A DNA stretch of 64,000 bases from Eledone cirrhosa (GCA_964016885.1 OZ024765.1:23374001-23438000), one strand, 5' to 3'; positions 13,496 through 25,460 are shown, counted from the first letter of the stretch. Translations and numbers: made by a program. The notes: a model not told the origin generated them from the sequence alone.

Positions 13496-13500
<5 letters not shown>
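9511..13500 (+). mobile_element. RTE-clade LINE family A, apparently full length
   Basis: 5' UTR, single EN-RT ORF, 3' UTR, (GAT)n tail; TA tracts on both sides. Confidence 0.93.
9931..13101 (+). CDS. RTE ORF: APE endonuclease + reverse transcriptase with internal PHD-type finger (1056 aa, intact)
   Basis: GTINV, CIQETRW, GDLNGH, QVDYIL; [21 protein letters not shown]; CxxC..CxxCxxxxHxxC..CxxC; GRPRKTW. Confidence 0.95.
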   Translation: MPKIKTNSPLGRECEHSSLFRPRTANITPSSPAPHRPQPPNAIQNFRVGTINVGTLKGRANEVVEMLERKEVDVCCIQETRWRGGSARFIEGKKRCYKLFWVGNDDGLGGVGIMVAEKWADKIIDVNRVNDRIIKIRLVLNRTTVTVISAHAPQSGLPGTIKDRFYETLMLTTSQISDSDYIIIAGDLNGHVGQHCDGDDEIHGGYGFGTRNEEGPRILEFCDANNLTICNTNFKKRDNHLITYRSGEHTSQVDYILTRRRDRVSVVNTKSLPHEECTSQHRLIISDLIVRTRRTRQQKRTILRRKIWKLKDPTARNKFQSILLDAFDSKEEHLESDNIEGEWEFLKANLLLATDEVCGWSRPVGRRRVTWWWNSKVEGSIKAKKQAWKVWRDGGSREDYQVARREARRQVYLAGREAEERKFKHVLQRDDQKREVFRIARQCVKENRDIVGEKCVLNDDGTLAITDADKKVAWKCHYERLLNEENNWEKGSLPHIDPIEGPAVLVEGSIISKAIKDMKTGKAAGPSEIVAEMLKASGTVGHTMVTRIVNQVVQNGVVPKDWHSSIIVNCYKGKGDALDRSNYRGIKLIDQVMKVTEKVIAQLIRERIDLDEMQFGFVSGKSTTDALFIVRQLQEKYLAKGKPLYLAFVDLEKAFDRVPRSIIWWALRKLGVDEWLVRAIQAMYKETVSKVRINNEYSEEFSVKVGVHQGSVLSPLLFIIALQAITEEFKTGCPWELLYADDLTLIAESMAELEKKFQTWKHGLESKGLKINLAKTKVLVCRKENKAAVPSGKWSCSVCRKGVGRNSILCPKCKVWVHKRCSGITGKLTKNIDFTCGRCSGAISSSKCPQTTSSFNCAEGSIEIVDSFRYLGDKISSGGGCSESTVARVRTGWKKFRELIPLLAAKGFSLKMKGRLYDACIRTAMLHGSETWALCAEDIRRLERNEACMLRWMCNSNIRERQSINELRKKLEIRGIRCCLLERRLRWYGHVMRMKVDSCITKCRAIKIDGSHGIGRPRKTWDELINSDITHLHLSKTMSLDRDLWRYSVTEKTRLT

Positions 13501-13573
<73 letters not shown>

Positions 13574-13748
13574 TATATAAAGAATTAATATCTTGTAACA
13601 TATATATACATACAGATGCATATCAATGCTAGCAAATATATAGGTTTTGTCTTAGTAACTTTGTGGTTCAATGCATGGGGTTGCAGAACAATAATATGAG
13701 AGACATAAAATAAGAAAATTATAAAATTAACTTACTTACTAAAATATC

Positions 13749-13830
13749 ACTTCCAACTAATTAGTTTCTGGAATGGAATAAATATATTTTCCGAAGAAGA
13801 TACAGAGAATCATTCCGTCGTCAGGGAGGT
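13749..13830 (-). ncRNA. Type I hammerhead ribozyme (family 3)
   Basis: Inverted copy of 13955-14036. Confidence 0.7.
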
Positions 13831-13954
13831 CTATTCTCGTCTAAGTATCCAGGCAAAGCGTGGACACTGGAAACTTATTAAAAAATAATTCAGTGGATAG
13901 AAAATAGCAAGTTTCCAGTGTCCACGCTTTGCCTGGATACTTAGACGAGAATAG

Positions 13955-14036
13955 ACCTCCCTGACGACGGAATGCTTCTCTGTATCTTCTTCGGAAAATA
14001 TATTTATTCCATTCCAGAAACTAATTAGTTGGAAGT
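13955..14036 (+). ncRNA. Type I hammerhead ribozyme (family 3)
   Basis: ACCTCC-CTGACGA-cGGAATG...CATTCCa-GAAA-CTAATTAG-TT-GGAAGT; palindromic stem III ACTAATTAGT, long loop II. Confidence 0.7.
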
Positions 14037-14114
14037 GATATTTTAGTAAGTAAGTTAATTTTATAATTTTCTTATTTTACGTCTCTCATATATATATATG
14101 TATATATATGTATA

Positions 14115-14188
<74 letters not shown>

Positions 14189-14248
14189 CATATATGTATA
14201 TATATATATATGTATATATATGTATATATATTTATATGTATATATATG

Positions 14249-14279
<31 letters not shown>

Positions 14280-14322
14280 GTATATATGTATATATATATG
14301 TATATATATATATGTATATATG

Positions 14323-14387
<65 letters not shown>

Positions 14388-14446
14388 GTATATATATATA
14401 TGTATATATATATATATGTATATATATGTATATATATATATGTATA

Positions 14447-14491
<45 letters not shown>

Positions 14492-14504
14492 GTATATATA
14501 TATG

Positions 14505-14563
<59 letters not shown>

Positions 14564-14580
14564 ATATATATGTATATATG

Positions 14581-14631
<51 letters not shown>

Positions 14632-14685
14632 GTATATGTATATATATATATATGTATATGTATATATATATATGTATATGTATAT

Positions 14686-14717
<32 letters not shown>

Positions 14718-14750
14718 GTATATATGTTTATATACATATGTATATTATAT

Positions 14751-14835
<85 letters not shown>

Positions 14836-14836
<1 letters not shown>

Positions 14837-14877
14837 CATCATCATCAACGTTTAACGTCCGTGTTCCACGCTTGCAT
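14836..14877 (-). mobile_element. RTE family A extreme 3' tail (about 40 bp)
   Basis: TGCAAGCGTGGAACACGGACGTTAAACGTT(GAT)n. Confidence 0.85.
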
Positions 14878-14902
14878 ATATATATGTATATATATATATA
14901 TA

Positions 14903-16790
14903 TATTTATTAAAATAACAGATTAAAGTTTAAGCAAAGAATCGCTGCTTTCACCCTTAACGGGATCTTCTTAAACAAAGTCAATCTGTAAACGCAGAACT
15001 GGATATTTCAAAAAACGTTGCAACTGGAGGAAGACAGGAAGACGATATTTTGGTTCGTGGTAACGTTCGCTGGCAAAGAACGGGAAAAACGAATAATACG
15101 TCATTAATAGGAGCGGTGAAAAACAATTACGCGCAAAGACAAAACCACGTTTATGGTATAAAAGAGGTCGTAGACTAATGTTCTCTTAAGTGGCGCACAG
15201 AGACGTTCTCTGGCAATGAACGAAAAAACGAAGATAATAAGTCATATGTGGAGCGTGGAGAACAATAGCACGCAAAGACAAAACCACGTAAATGGTATAG
15301 CAGAAATCGTAGACTAAAATTCTAACTAGGAGACCAAATGAATCTCCGCTACAGAGTTAAGAACAAAATAAATAAATACAATACAGAAGTAATAGGAACA
15401 AATAAATACATACACGCAAACAGATATGTACATACACAAGCATACGCAAAACCTTACCATGGGTATACAAAACCACGCACATATAAATATGTGTGTATGT
15501 GTATGTTTGTGTACAAATAAATAAATAATTATATAAACGTATATAAGTAAATAAATACGTATATAACAAGCGCACACGCATACCTACATATAGATACACG
15601 AATGTTCGGAGACGTAAGTCAACTAAAACAAGAAGTACACATATACACACACCCACCATACGTACGAACCTGCACACTCACGCAGACGCAAAACTCCCGT
15701 ATACACATATTTGCATAGGTAAGTATATATTACCCGTATGTTTTGTGAAGGTATGTATACCTTCTCGTACGTATTTGCATAGGTAAGTATATATTACCCG
15801 TATGTTTTGTGAAGGTATGTATACCTTCTCGTACATATATTTGACTGTTATAGCGTATAATTTTTACATATTCTGGTATTTAGGGTTTGGCTATGTGTAT
15901 ACGGGAGTTTTGCGTCCGCGTGAGTGTGCAGGTTCGTACGTATGGTGGGTGTGTGTATATGTGTACTTCTTGTTTTAGTTGACTTACGTCTCCGAACATT
16001 CGTGTATCTATATGTAGGTATGCGTGTGCGCTTGTTATATACGTATTTATTTACTTATATACGTTTATATAATTATTTATTTATTTGTACACAAGCATAC
16101 ACACACACACATATTTATATGTGCGTGGTTTTGTATACCCATGGTAAGGTTTTGCGTATGCTTGTATATGTACGTATCTGTTTGCGTGTATGTATTTATT
16201 TGTTCCTATTACTTCTGTATTGTATTTATTTACTTTGTTCTTAACTCTGTAGCGGAGATTCATTTGGTCTCCTAGTTAGAATTTTAGTCTATGATTTCTG
16301 CTATACCATTTACGTGGTTTTGTCTTTGCGTGCTATTGTTCTCCACGCTCCACATATGACTTATTATCTTCGTTTTTTCGTTCATTGCCAGAGAACGTCT
16401 CTGTGCGCCACTTAAGAGAACATTAGTCTACGACCTCTTTTATACCATAAACGTGGTTTTGTCTTTGCGCGTAATTGTTTTTCACCGCTCCTATTAATGA
16501 CGTATTATTCGTTTTTTCCCGTTCTTTGCCAGCGAACGTTACCACGAACCAAAGTATCGTCTTCCTGTCTTCCTCCGGTTGCAACGTTTTTTGAAATATC
16601 CAGTTCTGCGTTTACAGATTGACTTTGTTAGTTTCAGAAGATCCCGTTAAGGGTGAAAGCAGCGATTCTTTGCTTAAACTTTAATCTGTTATTTTAATAA
16701 ATATTTGCTCTACGGTTCTTATATATTTGATATATATTTTCCTTATCGAGCCCTCTTTGGATTTTAGTCTTCAATTTTATTATTATTACT
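14903..16790 (+). mobile_element. Non-coding element (family 4) with about 800-bp inverted repeat and degenerate HHR
   Basis: 14903-15709 is the reverse complement of 15892-16704; spacer holds a 64-bp tandem duplication; no credible ORF. Confidence 0.75.
16630..16680 (+). ncRNA. Hammerhead-like motif with core substitution (family 4)
   Basis: AGTTT-CAGAAGA-tCCC gttaa GGGt-GAAA-GCA...TGC-TT-AAACT: all three stems present but U4>A; more decayed inverted copy near 14926-14975. Confidence 0.55.
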
Positions 16791-16904
16791 ATATATATAT
16801 ACACATATATCGTAGCGGAACTAGGCTGCAGCACCACCGTGGAAACACTTGTAAGCACACGGAATAAACTACCTTTTTATGATGTCTACCTGTTATTATT
16901 CATT

Positions 16905-16967
<63 letters not shown>

Positions 16968-16973
16968 TATATG

Positions 16974-17026
<53 letters not shown>

Positions 17027-17110
17027 CTTTGAATAACTTTGAAATGTTTTGGCCAGTATTGGCCCAGGCCATGTCTAACTTAATAGCACCACCTGGCGAA
17101 GTCTTTCAAT

Positions 17111-20100
17111 TCAGGATTTGGGCACCATGGCCCATTCGAGAAGAGAATTACTGTTTGCGGAGACATATCCGGGTGTGGGTGGTTTGTCCGGGATTACTTG
17201 GAGGAATTTGTCCAAAAGACTTCTTGAATTTTGTGTGGTCAGTTTCTGTTTTGACATGTCCTGGTGTGATGTTGAAGAGAGCAGGGCCAATTGAGGTGAA
17301 ATAATTGTGCCGTATTGTTGTTATGAGTTGCGATTTAGATTTTTGTTTGTGACGGATAGCACGGGGCCCAAGCCTTGGGTGTATTTTGAAGGCGATGCCA
17401 ACATCATTTGGGCAGTGATGATGGAACATTTTCCACATCATGCAGATAATATAACGCTCACGGCGACGTTAGAGTGAGTAAAGTTTCAGCTTTTCTAGTC
17501 GACACCAGTAGTCAAGGTCTGACATACCATCTATCTTTTTCGTGATTGCCCTTTGAGGAGCTTCAAGTTTCATGATACTTTGTTTCGTGTGGGGAGACCA
17601 CAGTGGACAACAGTATTCAAGGTGTGGTCGGGCAAAAGTAGAGAAGAGAAGGATAATGGTGTGGGAATCTCTCGACTGGAAGGTTCTGAGGATCCAGGAA
17701 CACATTCTGAGGGCCATGTCAACTTTGCTGCTTATATGCGTGACCCAGCTTATGTTGCTGTCCACGGTTACTCCCAAGTCTCTGATGTTGTTAGATGCCA
17801 CGAGAGTTTCCCCGGAGGGAAGGGAGTACGGGAGTTTCAGAGCATCCTCTTTTCCAAAGTGGATCTGTTCGAATTTGTCTTCGTTCAGTAACATGTTGTT
17901 CTTTTCCGCCCATTGGGTAACAGCCAGTAGGTCTGACTGAAGGCTTATCCGGTCATCCACGCCATTGATGACCTTTTGGAGCTTGGAATCATCAGCGAAA
18001 ATTTTAATGTTGCTGTGTTTGATGATGTCAGTGATGTCATTAATATAGATGATGAAGAGAAGTGGGCCCAACACAGTGCCTTGTGGGACCCCACTACTGA
18101 CTTTGGCTGGGCTGGATTTGACTCCTTCAACTACAACATGTTGGGTTCTGTTTGACAGGAAGCTCTTGATCCACTGCAGCAGCTTTCCAGTGACACCAAT
18201 ATTGGACAGTTTTCTCAGTAGAATGTTGTGATCAACCCTGTCAAAGGCCTTGCTGAAATCAAGGTAGATAACATCAGTGTTGGAACCCTCTCCCAAGGCT
18301 CTCAAAATGTCATCAAAGTGATGCAGTAGCTGCGTCAGGCAATCCCTTCCATTACGGAATCCATGCTGGTTGGAGTTCAGCATATTGTTACTCTCAAGGA
18401 AGTGGGTCATTGGCGATCTCACCACTCTCTCAAATACCTTAATGATATGAGAGGTGAGTGAGATTGGACGGTAATTCACGGCAAGGGATTTGTTTCCTTT
18501 TTTGAAAACTGGGACAACAGACTGGGATAGAAGGTTTTCTGGCACATATCCAGCATCCAGTGAGTTCCGCCACAGTTTGGCAAGAGGAGATGCAAGTTGG
18601 TGTTGACACGCCTTCAAGACACAAGCAGGGAACCTATCGGGACCTACTGCTGAATTATGCTTGATTTCCTTTATTGCCGCCAAGACATCAGGGGCGCCAA
18701 ACGTTATGTCCGATAAGGTGTAATGGGGAGTAACATCGCCGATACAGCCCAGATCGGCCATATCAGGATTGCTGAAAACAGAGCAGTATTGTTTCTGCAG
18801 TATCTCACCCATGGTTTTAGCATTGTCTTGAAGAGTGCCATTTTCATCAATTAGAGGGCCAACAGTAGAGCCAGTGATTTTGTGTTTTTTTGCAAATGAA
18901 AAGAACACTTTGGGATTGAGTTTGATCTTCTCAATGGCCCAGGCCTCTTCAGCTCTTCTCTGATTGTTGATGAGGGACATTATGTTGTTTTGGAGGTTAT
19001 GTTTTTTAATCTCTAGTGATGAAATGGCAGTCAAGTTGATGTGTTGCTGCTGACAGTATTTCAGCTTGTTGATTTTTTTGTTCGTTCTCTTAATTTTTCT
19101 GATGAGCGTTTTTCTATTTCTAGGGATTCTGCTCTTAGATTTGTTTATAGTTCTTAATGGGGTGTGTTTAGCACATATGTTTGTAACAGCGTCCACAAAT
19201 GTCTGCCAGGACTTTTTGATGTTAGTGGGTGTATGAGTGTGCGTGAAGGACCAGTCGACATGTGCAAGATCATGACTGATCGCTTCCCAGTTTGCATTGT
19301 GGAAATCCATAGCGTCAAACGGATGGACAGGAGAGATGACATTGGGTTTGTATATTGGACGGTGGAATCTCAGATCACAGAGAACCATGTCATGATCAGA
19401 GAGTAGAGTTTTCTCCACTGCAATATTGTGGATATTGTCAGTGTGATTGCTGAAAATTAAGTCTAGGACGTTTTTGTGGCACCTCGTTGGTTCGAGCACC
19501 AGTTGGGATAGGAAGAAATCATCCATGAAGTCAAGAAGCGATTCCACTGCTTCCCTGTCAGAGGTTGAGGCAGAAGAACCTGGTGGCAGGCTGTTTGTGG
19601 ACCAGTCAACTCCGGGGAGGTTGAAGTCCCCCATCATTAAGATGTTGTCAGGGTGACACTCTTGGATGAAACACTTTATGCTGTTGAGGCATTCCTTGAA
19701 GCATGGTACAGGCGTTTGGGGTGGCCTATAGAGCCCAACTACTATTAGGTTGTTGGTTTGACTGAATACAGTGACTGCTTCGCAGTATCCATTAGTGAAT
19801 ATGTTCATAGCCTCTGTTGAGAAAGAATTATGGACATAAATGGCAGTCCCGCCCTTTCTTCTGCCAGCGCGATCAGCACGGATGGCTTTGAAATTTTTCA
19901 CTTTCACCTCGGCTTCCAAGTGGAGGTTACTGAGATGGGTTTCAGTGAGGACGAAGAAAGGGATGTGGTTTGGATGGACATCAATCCAGTCCTCCAGGAA
20001 TTTGATCTTCTATTTTTGAGTATTGGTGGAAGGGCTGATGCCTTGGGCGTTAAGCAAAAATGTAGAGGCGAGAGTGGATGGTTTTAATTGTTTTGGTGTG

Positions 20101-20132
20101 TTGTTAATTTGTTTGTTTGTTAATGGCAGCAA
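17111..20132 (-). pseudogene. CR1-like ORF2 (APE-RT) with stops near 20011 and 17469 and a +1 insertion near 17215
   Basis: Comparison with the intact copy at 37752-40772. Confidence 0.9.
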
Positions 20133-21283
20133 TGGGAGTTTGTGCAGTGGGGTGATAGTGGAGGGTGGTGCTGGGTGATAGCTCGAATGTTTTTTTCCAG
20201 TTCTTTTGCCAGATTCATTATGGCTAAAAAAGAGGAAGAAGTTTCCTGTTTAGAAGACTGTTGGTGACTGTGGTAGTGGTTATTTTTATGTAGGTTATGG
20301 TTTTTGTTTTTGCTTTTATTTTTAATCTTATTTTCATTTGTCCGACGGGTCCCCGGGAGATGGGTAAAGGGACAATCCCAGTCTAAACACAATCTGTCTC
20401 GCAGGGAAAAGCGGCAGATTTGTGGATTCCTTGTTTGAGTTATTGGTGGTTGTGTTGGTGTTAAATTAGAGTATGTATTATGGTGGTGGCTGTTTGTGGG
20501 GATAGACCGTTTTGTCCTAGGTAAATGGGTGAATTTGCAGCCACTATCCGTACATATTCTATAGCGTAGAGAGTAGCGGCAAATGATGGGGTTTCGAGTG
20601 GGTGTGTATGTGGGTGTGTGTGTTGTGAGAGGTGTAGATGATGATTTGAGTAGGATTTGACGACCTTTGTGGACTGTGGGAGGGAGAGTTCTTGTACTAG
20701 TATTAGAAGGTAAATTCCTTGAGATAGCAGTAGGCAAAGACGTTGTAGTAGTAGTAGTAGTAGTAGTAGTAGGCAGAGAAGATGTTGACAGTGGTGATGA
20801 TTGGACTGCTGGGCCAGAGAAAGGATGTGGCGTTTCCTGCTGTGAGACAGAGGCTACTGGGAGGTCAATAGTTTCATTTAGTAGATCGGCCATTGTTGAT
20901 GAATCAAGGAGTGGTTCACACTGTTGTTGTTGTTGTCGTTGTTGTTGTTGCTGTTGTTGTTGCTGTTGTTGTTGTAGCTGTTGTTGTTGCCATTGTAGCT
21001 GCTGTTGTTGTTGTTGCTGCTGCTGGACAGCATCCGAAGAAAAAACACACCGTAGTTTATCCAAATGTTTATTGATTAATTTAAAAGCAACTTCGATTTG
21101 CTTTAATTTATTTTGAATCTGTTGTTCAGATCGGGTTTTCAAAAGTTGAACTGTATGCTTAGCAATGTCGTTCAGACATGAAGCATCTATGTCTTCTGTT
21201 TGGGTAAGGCAATGCCATGTGTTTATTAGAATGTCGATTTCATTATCAGACCAGTTCTGTTTGGATTTTTGCTGGTTAGCCAT
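20120..21283 (-). CDS. LINE ORF1: Myb/SANT-like N-terminus, polyQ, S/T-rich linker, two CCCH-type zinc fingers
   Basis: NWSDNEIDILINTW...RSEQQIQNKLKQI; C-x8-C-x4-C-x3-H twice; 3' part conserved at 37345-37764. Confidence 0.85.
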   Translation of the reverse strand: MANQQKSKQNWSDNEIDILINTWHCLTQTEDIDASCLNDIAKHTVQLLKTRSEQQIQNKLKQIEVAFKLINKHLDKLRCVFSSDAVQQQQQQQQQLQWQQQQLQQQQQQQQQQQQRQQQQQCEPLLDSSTMADLLNETIDLPVASVSQQETPHPFSGPAVQSSPLSTSSLPTTTTTTTTTTSLPTAISRNLPSNTSTRTLPPTVHKGRQILLKSSSTPLTTHTPTYTPTRNPIICRYSLRYRICTDSGCKFTHLPRTKRSIPTNSHHHNTYSNLTPTQPPITQTRNPQICRFSLRDRLCLDWDCPFTHLPGTRRTNENKIKNKSKNKNHNLHKNNHYHSHQQSSKQETSSSFLAIMNLAKELEKNIRAITQHHPPLSPHCTNSHCCH

Positions 21284-21382
21284 TCTAGTTTTGAGTGTGT
21301 GTTTTAGTTAAGTATTTCAATATATATATATTTTTTTTGTTTTTCTTGTGTGTGAGTGAGAAGAGTATATATATAAATATGA

Positions 21383-21416
<34 letters not shown>

Positions 21417-21653
21417 TGGTTATTTGAAATTAATTAAATTAATGAAAAGACGAAAGTATATAATAATTTGTAGTTAAAGGAAAATGTACTCACAAGTTGG
21501 TAAACACGTGGTTTCAAATATATAATAATATAGATGTATGTACATGTATTGACCGGTCAATTTGGTTTGTTTGGTTTTGTTTTGTGGCTGTGTGACTTGC
21601 TGCTTACTCAGGGAGAGAAGTAAAAACACGTCTTTATACTTCAACTGCTAATA

Positions 21654-21685
<32 letters not shown>

Positions 21686-21805
21686 TGTTATACTTTGGGA
21701 GGGTCATGTTGCCAATAAGAAACACACGCACCAGTTGCTTTCACTTCAATTTATTATATATTTATAAATTTACAAATTTACAAACTTATAAATTTCTGGT
21801 TGGTT
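21686..21805 (-). mobile_element. PLE-1 3' terminal fragment
   Basis: Matches 3489-3593 and the reverse complement of about 260-386. Confidence 0.85.
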
Positions 21806-21848
21806 TCAGATTTCAGATAAAGAATCTTGCTAAACAAATTCAGAAACG

Positions 21849-21923
<75 letters not shown>

Positions 21924-21934
21924 CATATATATAC

Positions 21935-21965
<31 letters not shown>

Positions 21966-21969
21966 CATA

Positions 21970-22001
<32 letters not shown>

Positions 22002-22012
22002 GTATATATATG

Positions 22013-22085
<73 letters not shown>

Positions 22086-22089
22086 GTAT

Positions 22090-23042
22090 ATCATCATCAT
22101 CATCATCATCGTTTAACGTCCGTGTTCCACGCTTGCATGGGTTTGGACGGGGGTTTTCCCACTTGAGGCAAGAGTGGTTATCTTGCTCGCATAGGACCAT
22201 CTGGCGGTTTTTCTACAGCTGGATGCCCTTCCTAACACCAACCACATTTACAGTGTGGGGCTGGGAGGTTTTTACCGTGTTGCCTACACGGCCACATTAC
22301 AGCGTGAACTGTGTGTTTTTTTTACGTGACACCTACATGATCTCATTTGTTTCGGCCTGGATGTTGTGGCACCAACATAACTTTACATTGAAAGGGGCAG
22401 TGTGGATGAGGTGGGGGTGGTGGGACGGGGGTGTATTTTGTTAGAGATGCCTACTGACTGTAGTAGGTTTTACTTTGTATTTAGGTAAGGCGGGTCATCT
22501 CTATTACTGAGTACCGCCAAAGGTCTCGGTCCAGTGACATTGTCTTTGAGAGGTGTAAGTGTGTGAGGTCGGAATTTATCAGCTCGTCCCAGGTTTTTCT
22601 GGGTCTGCCTATTCCGTGACTACCGTCTATCTTTATTGCCCTGCACTTTGTTATACAGCTATCGTCCTTCATGCGCATCACGTGACCGTACCAACGTAGC
22701 CTTCTCTCGAGTAAACAACATCTGATCCCTCTTATTTCTAATTTTTTGCTTAGTTCGTTTATGCTTTGCCATTCACGTATATTACTATTACACATCCAGC
22801 GGAGCATGCAAGCTTCGTTTCTCTCTAGTCTGCGTATATCCTCTGCACACAATGCCCAGGTGTCACTGCCATGCAAGATTGCTGTTCGTATGCAGGCATC
22901 GTACAACCTGCCTTTCATTTTTAGGGAGAACCCTTTAGCGGCTAATAGCGGTATAAGCTCGCTGAACTTTTTCCGTCCAGTTCTGACTCTAGCTACTGTA
23001 CTTTCAGAGCACCCTCCCCCACTGCTGATTTTGTCACCCAGG
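22090..23042 (-). mobile_element. RTE family A, 3' fragment (diverged subfamily)
   Basis: [10 protein letters not shown] to RLT* plus 3' UTR and (GAT)n. Confidence 0.93.
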
Positions 23043-23056
23043 TATATATGTATATA

Positions 23057-23134
<78 letters not shown>

Positions 23135-23140
23135 CATATG

Positions 23141-23382
<242 letters not shown>

Positions 23383-23448
23383 AATATATATGTATATATA
23401 TCTATATATGTATATATATATATATATAAATATATATGTATATATATC

Positions 23449-23540
<92 letters not shown>

Positions 23541-23541
<1 letters not shown>

Positions 23542-24703
23542 AACATGACAAAGACTAAGGTCCTTATAAGTAGACGAGAAAACAGAACCCAGATCCCCTC
23601 AGGGAAATGGCCTTGCTCAGTATGTAGGAAAGGTGTAGGTAGGAACTCCATTCTCTGCCCCAAATGCAAACAATGGGTACACAAGAGATGTAGCGGGATC
23701 TCAGGAAGCTTAATTAAGAATGTAGGATTCACATGCAGCAGCTGTGCTGAAACAGCAAGCAAACAGCCACAGGAAACAAGTACCACCAATCTCTGGGAGG
23801 GCCCTGTAGAAACAGTAGACAGCTTCTGCTACCTAGGTGACCGAATTAGCAACGGAGGTGGGTGCTCAGAAAATACAATAACTAGGGTAAGAACTGGATG
23901 GAAGAAGTTTCGGGAACTACTACCACTGCTAGCTGCAAAAGGCTTCTCCCTCAGAATGAAAGGCAGACTGTATGATGCGTGTATCCGAACAGCGATGTTG
24001 CATGGTAGTGAGACCTGGGCGCTGAAGGTGGAAGACTTACGTAGATTAGAGAGAAACGAAGCCTGCATGCTCCGATGGATGTGTAACAGTAATATACGTG
24101 AACGACAAAGCATAAAGGAATTGAGAGAGACTGAGCATAAGAGGAATCAAATGCTGCGTGCAGGAGAGGCGGTTACGCTGGTATGGACATGTGATGCGTA
24201 TGAAGGATGACAGCTGCATAAAAAGGTGCAGAGCACTAGAAGTTGATGGAAACCGTGGAGTGGGGAGACCCAAGATGACTTGGGATGAGGTGATAAAAGC
24301 CGACCTTACCCAACTACACCTCTCAAAGTCAATGACACATGACCGTGACTTCTGGCGTTACGCAGTAATACAGGGTGCCCGACCTCCCATGGGTACATGC
24401 TGAAGCATATAAACAATATGCCCCCCCCCCCCACCGCAAGGTGGTCGTGGAGGTGCCACGGCAAAAAAGCACCCAGCCCACACTGTAAAGTGGACGTGTA
24501 GGCGCCACGAAAAAACACCCAGCACTCACTGTAAATGAGGTTGGTGTTAGGAAGGGCATCCAGCTGTAGAAATCAAGCCAGATCAGTTCCTGTATGAGCA
24601 AGGCATGGTCAGCCGACCAGACACTGCCCACAACAGGACAACCCGTCTAACCCATGCTAGCGTGGAAGAACGGACGTAAAACGGTGATGATGATGATGAT
24701 GAT
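23541..24703 (+). mobile_element. RTE family B, 3' fragment with frameshift near 24125
   Basis: Matches the family B C-terminus; short deletion in a GA run. Confidence 0.93.
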
Positions 24704-24722
24704 ACACATATATATATATATT

Positions 24723-24762
<40 letters not shown>

Positions 24763-24805
24763 TATATATATATATATACACATATATATATATATATATA
24801 TACAC

Positions 24806-24836
<31 letters not shown>

Positions 24837-24855
24837 TATATATATATATATACAC

Positions 24856-24886
<31 letters not shown>

Positions 24887-25021
24887 TATATATATATATA
24901 TACACATATATATATATATATATACACATATATATATATATATATAGATATATATATACACATATATATATAGATATATATATACACATATATCTATATA
25001 TATAGATATATGTGTATATAT

Positions 25022-25368
25022 CGAGGCACATGGCTTAGTGGTTAGAGCATTGGCCTTGCAATCGAAAGGTTGTGAGTTCAATTCTCAGACCGGGTGATGT
25101 GTTGTTTCCTTGAGCAAGGCACTTTATTTCACATTGCTCCAGTTTACTCAGCTGTAGAAATGAGATAGTGACTGGGGTCACTATCATTCCACTGCAAAGT
25201 GGTCGTGGAGGTGCCACGGCAAAAAAAAGCACCCAGCACTCACTGTAAATGAGGTTGGTGTTAGGAAGGGCATCCAGCTGTAGAAATCAAGCCAGAATCA
25301 GTTCCCGTCCCACCCTTGCAAGCAGGGAAAAGTGGACGTAAAATGAAATGATGAAAATGAAATGATGA
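25022..25368 (+). mobile_element. tRNA-derived SINE with RTE family B 3' tail
   Basis: A box TGGCTTAGTGG, B box GAGTTCAATTC, central CCTTGAGCAAGGCACTT domain; 25195-25296 matches the RTE-B 3' UTR. Confidence 0.88.
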
Positions 25369-25384
25369 TATATGTATATATATC

Positions 25385-25460
<76 letters not shown>

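Larger units (their letters stand above)
13580..14090 (-). mobile_element. Non-coding HHR-bearing element (family 3) with about 180-bp inverted repeat
   Basis: Arms about 13695-13876 and 13909-14090 are near-perfect reverse complements; each has an HHR; TA-flanked. Confidence 0.75.
17024..21650 (-). mobile_element. CR1-like LINE, apparently full length (ORF1 intact, ORF2 disabled)
   Basis: 5' UTR, ORF1 20120-21283, EN-RT ORF2, 3' end with (TTCAAAGTTA)2. Confidence 0.92.

Noticed and set aside
15326-16275. Mirrored short ORFs in the inverted repeat
   Set aside because: Low-complexity, mostly non-ATG starts, and duplicated only because of the inversion.
16810-16908. Possible eighth hammerhead (GAAA-CA ct TG-TA)
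   Set aside because: Only a 3' half is visible; there is no CUGANGA or stem I partner before the TA tract.
20667-21116. Poly-Cys/poly-Val ORFs
   Set aside because: Antisense readings of the ORF1 polyQ and polyThr codon runs.
21625-21650. Inr/DPE internal promoter at the CR1-like 5' end
   Set aside because: GCAGTT and AGACGTG are present but not at the canonical spacing.
25022-25095. tRNA gene
   Set aside because: A and B boxes are present, but it continues into a SINE body with no proper acceptor stem.
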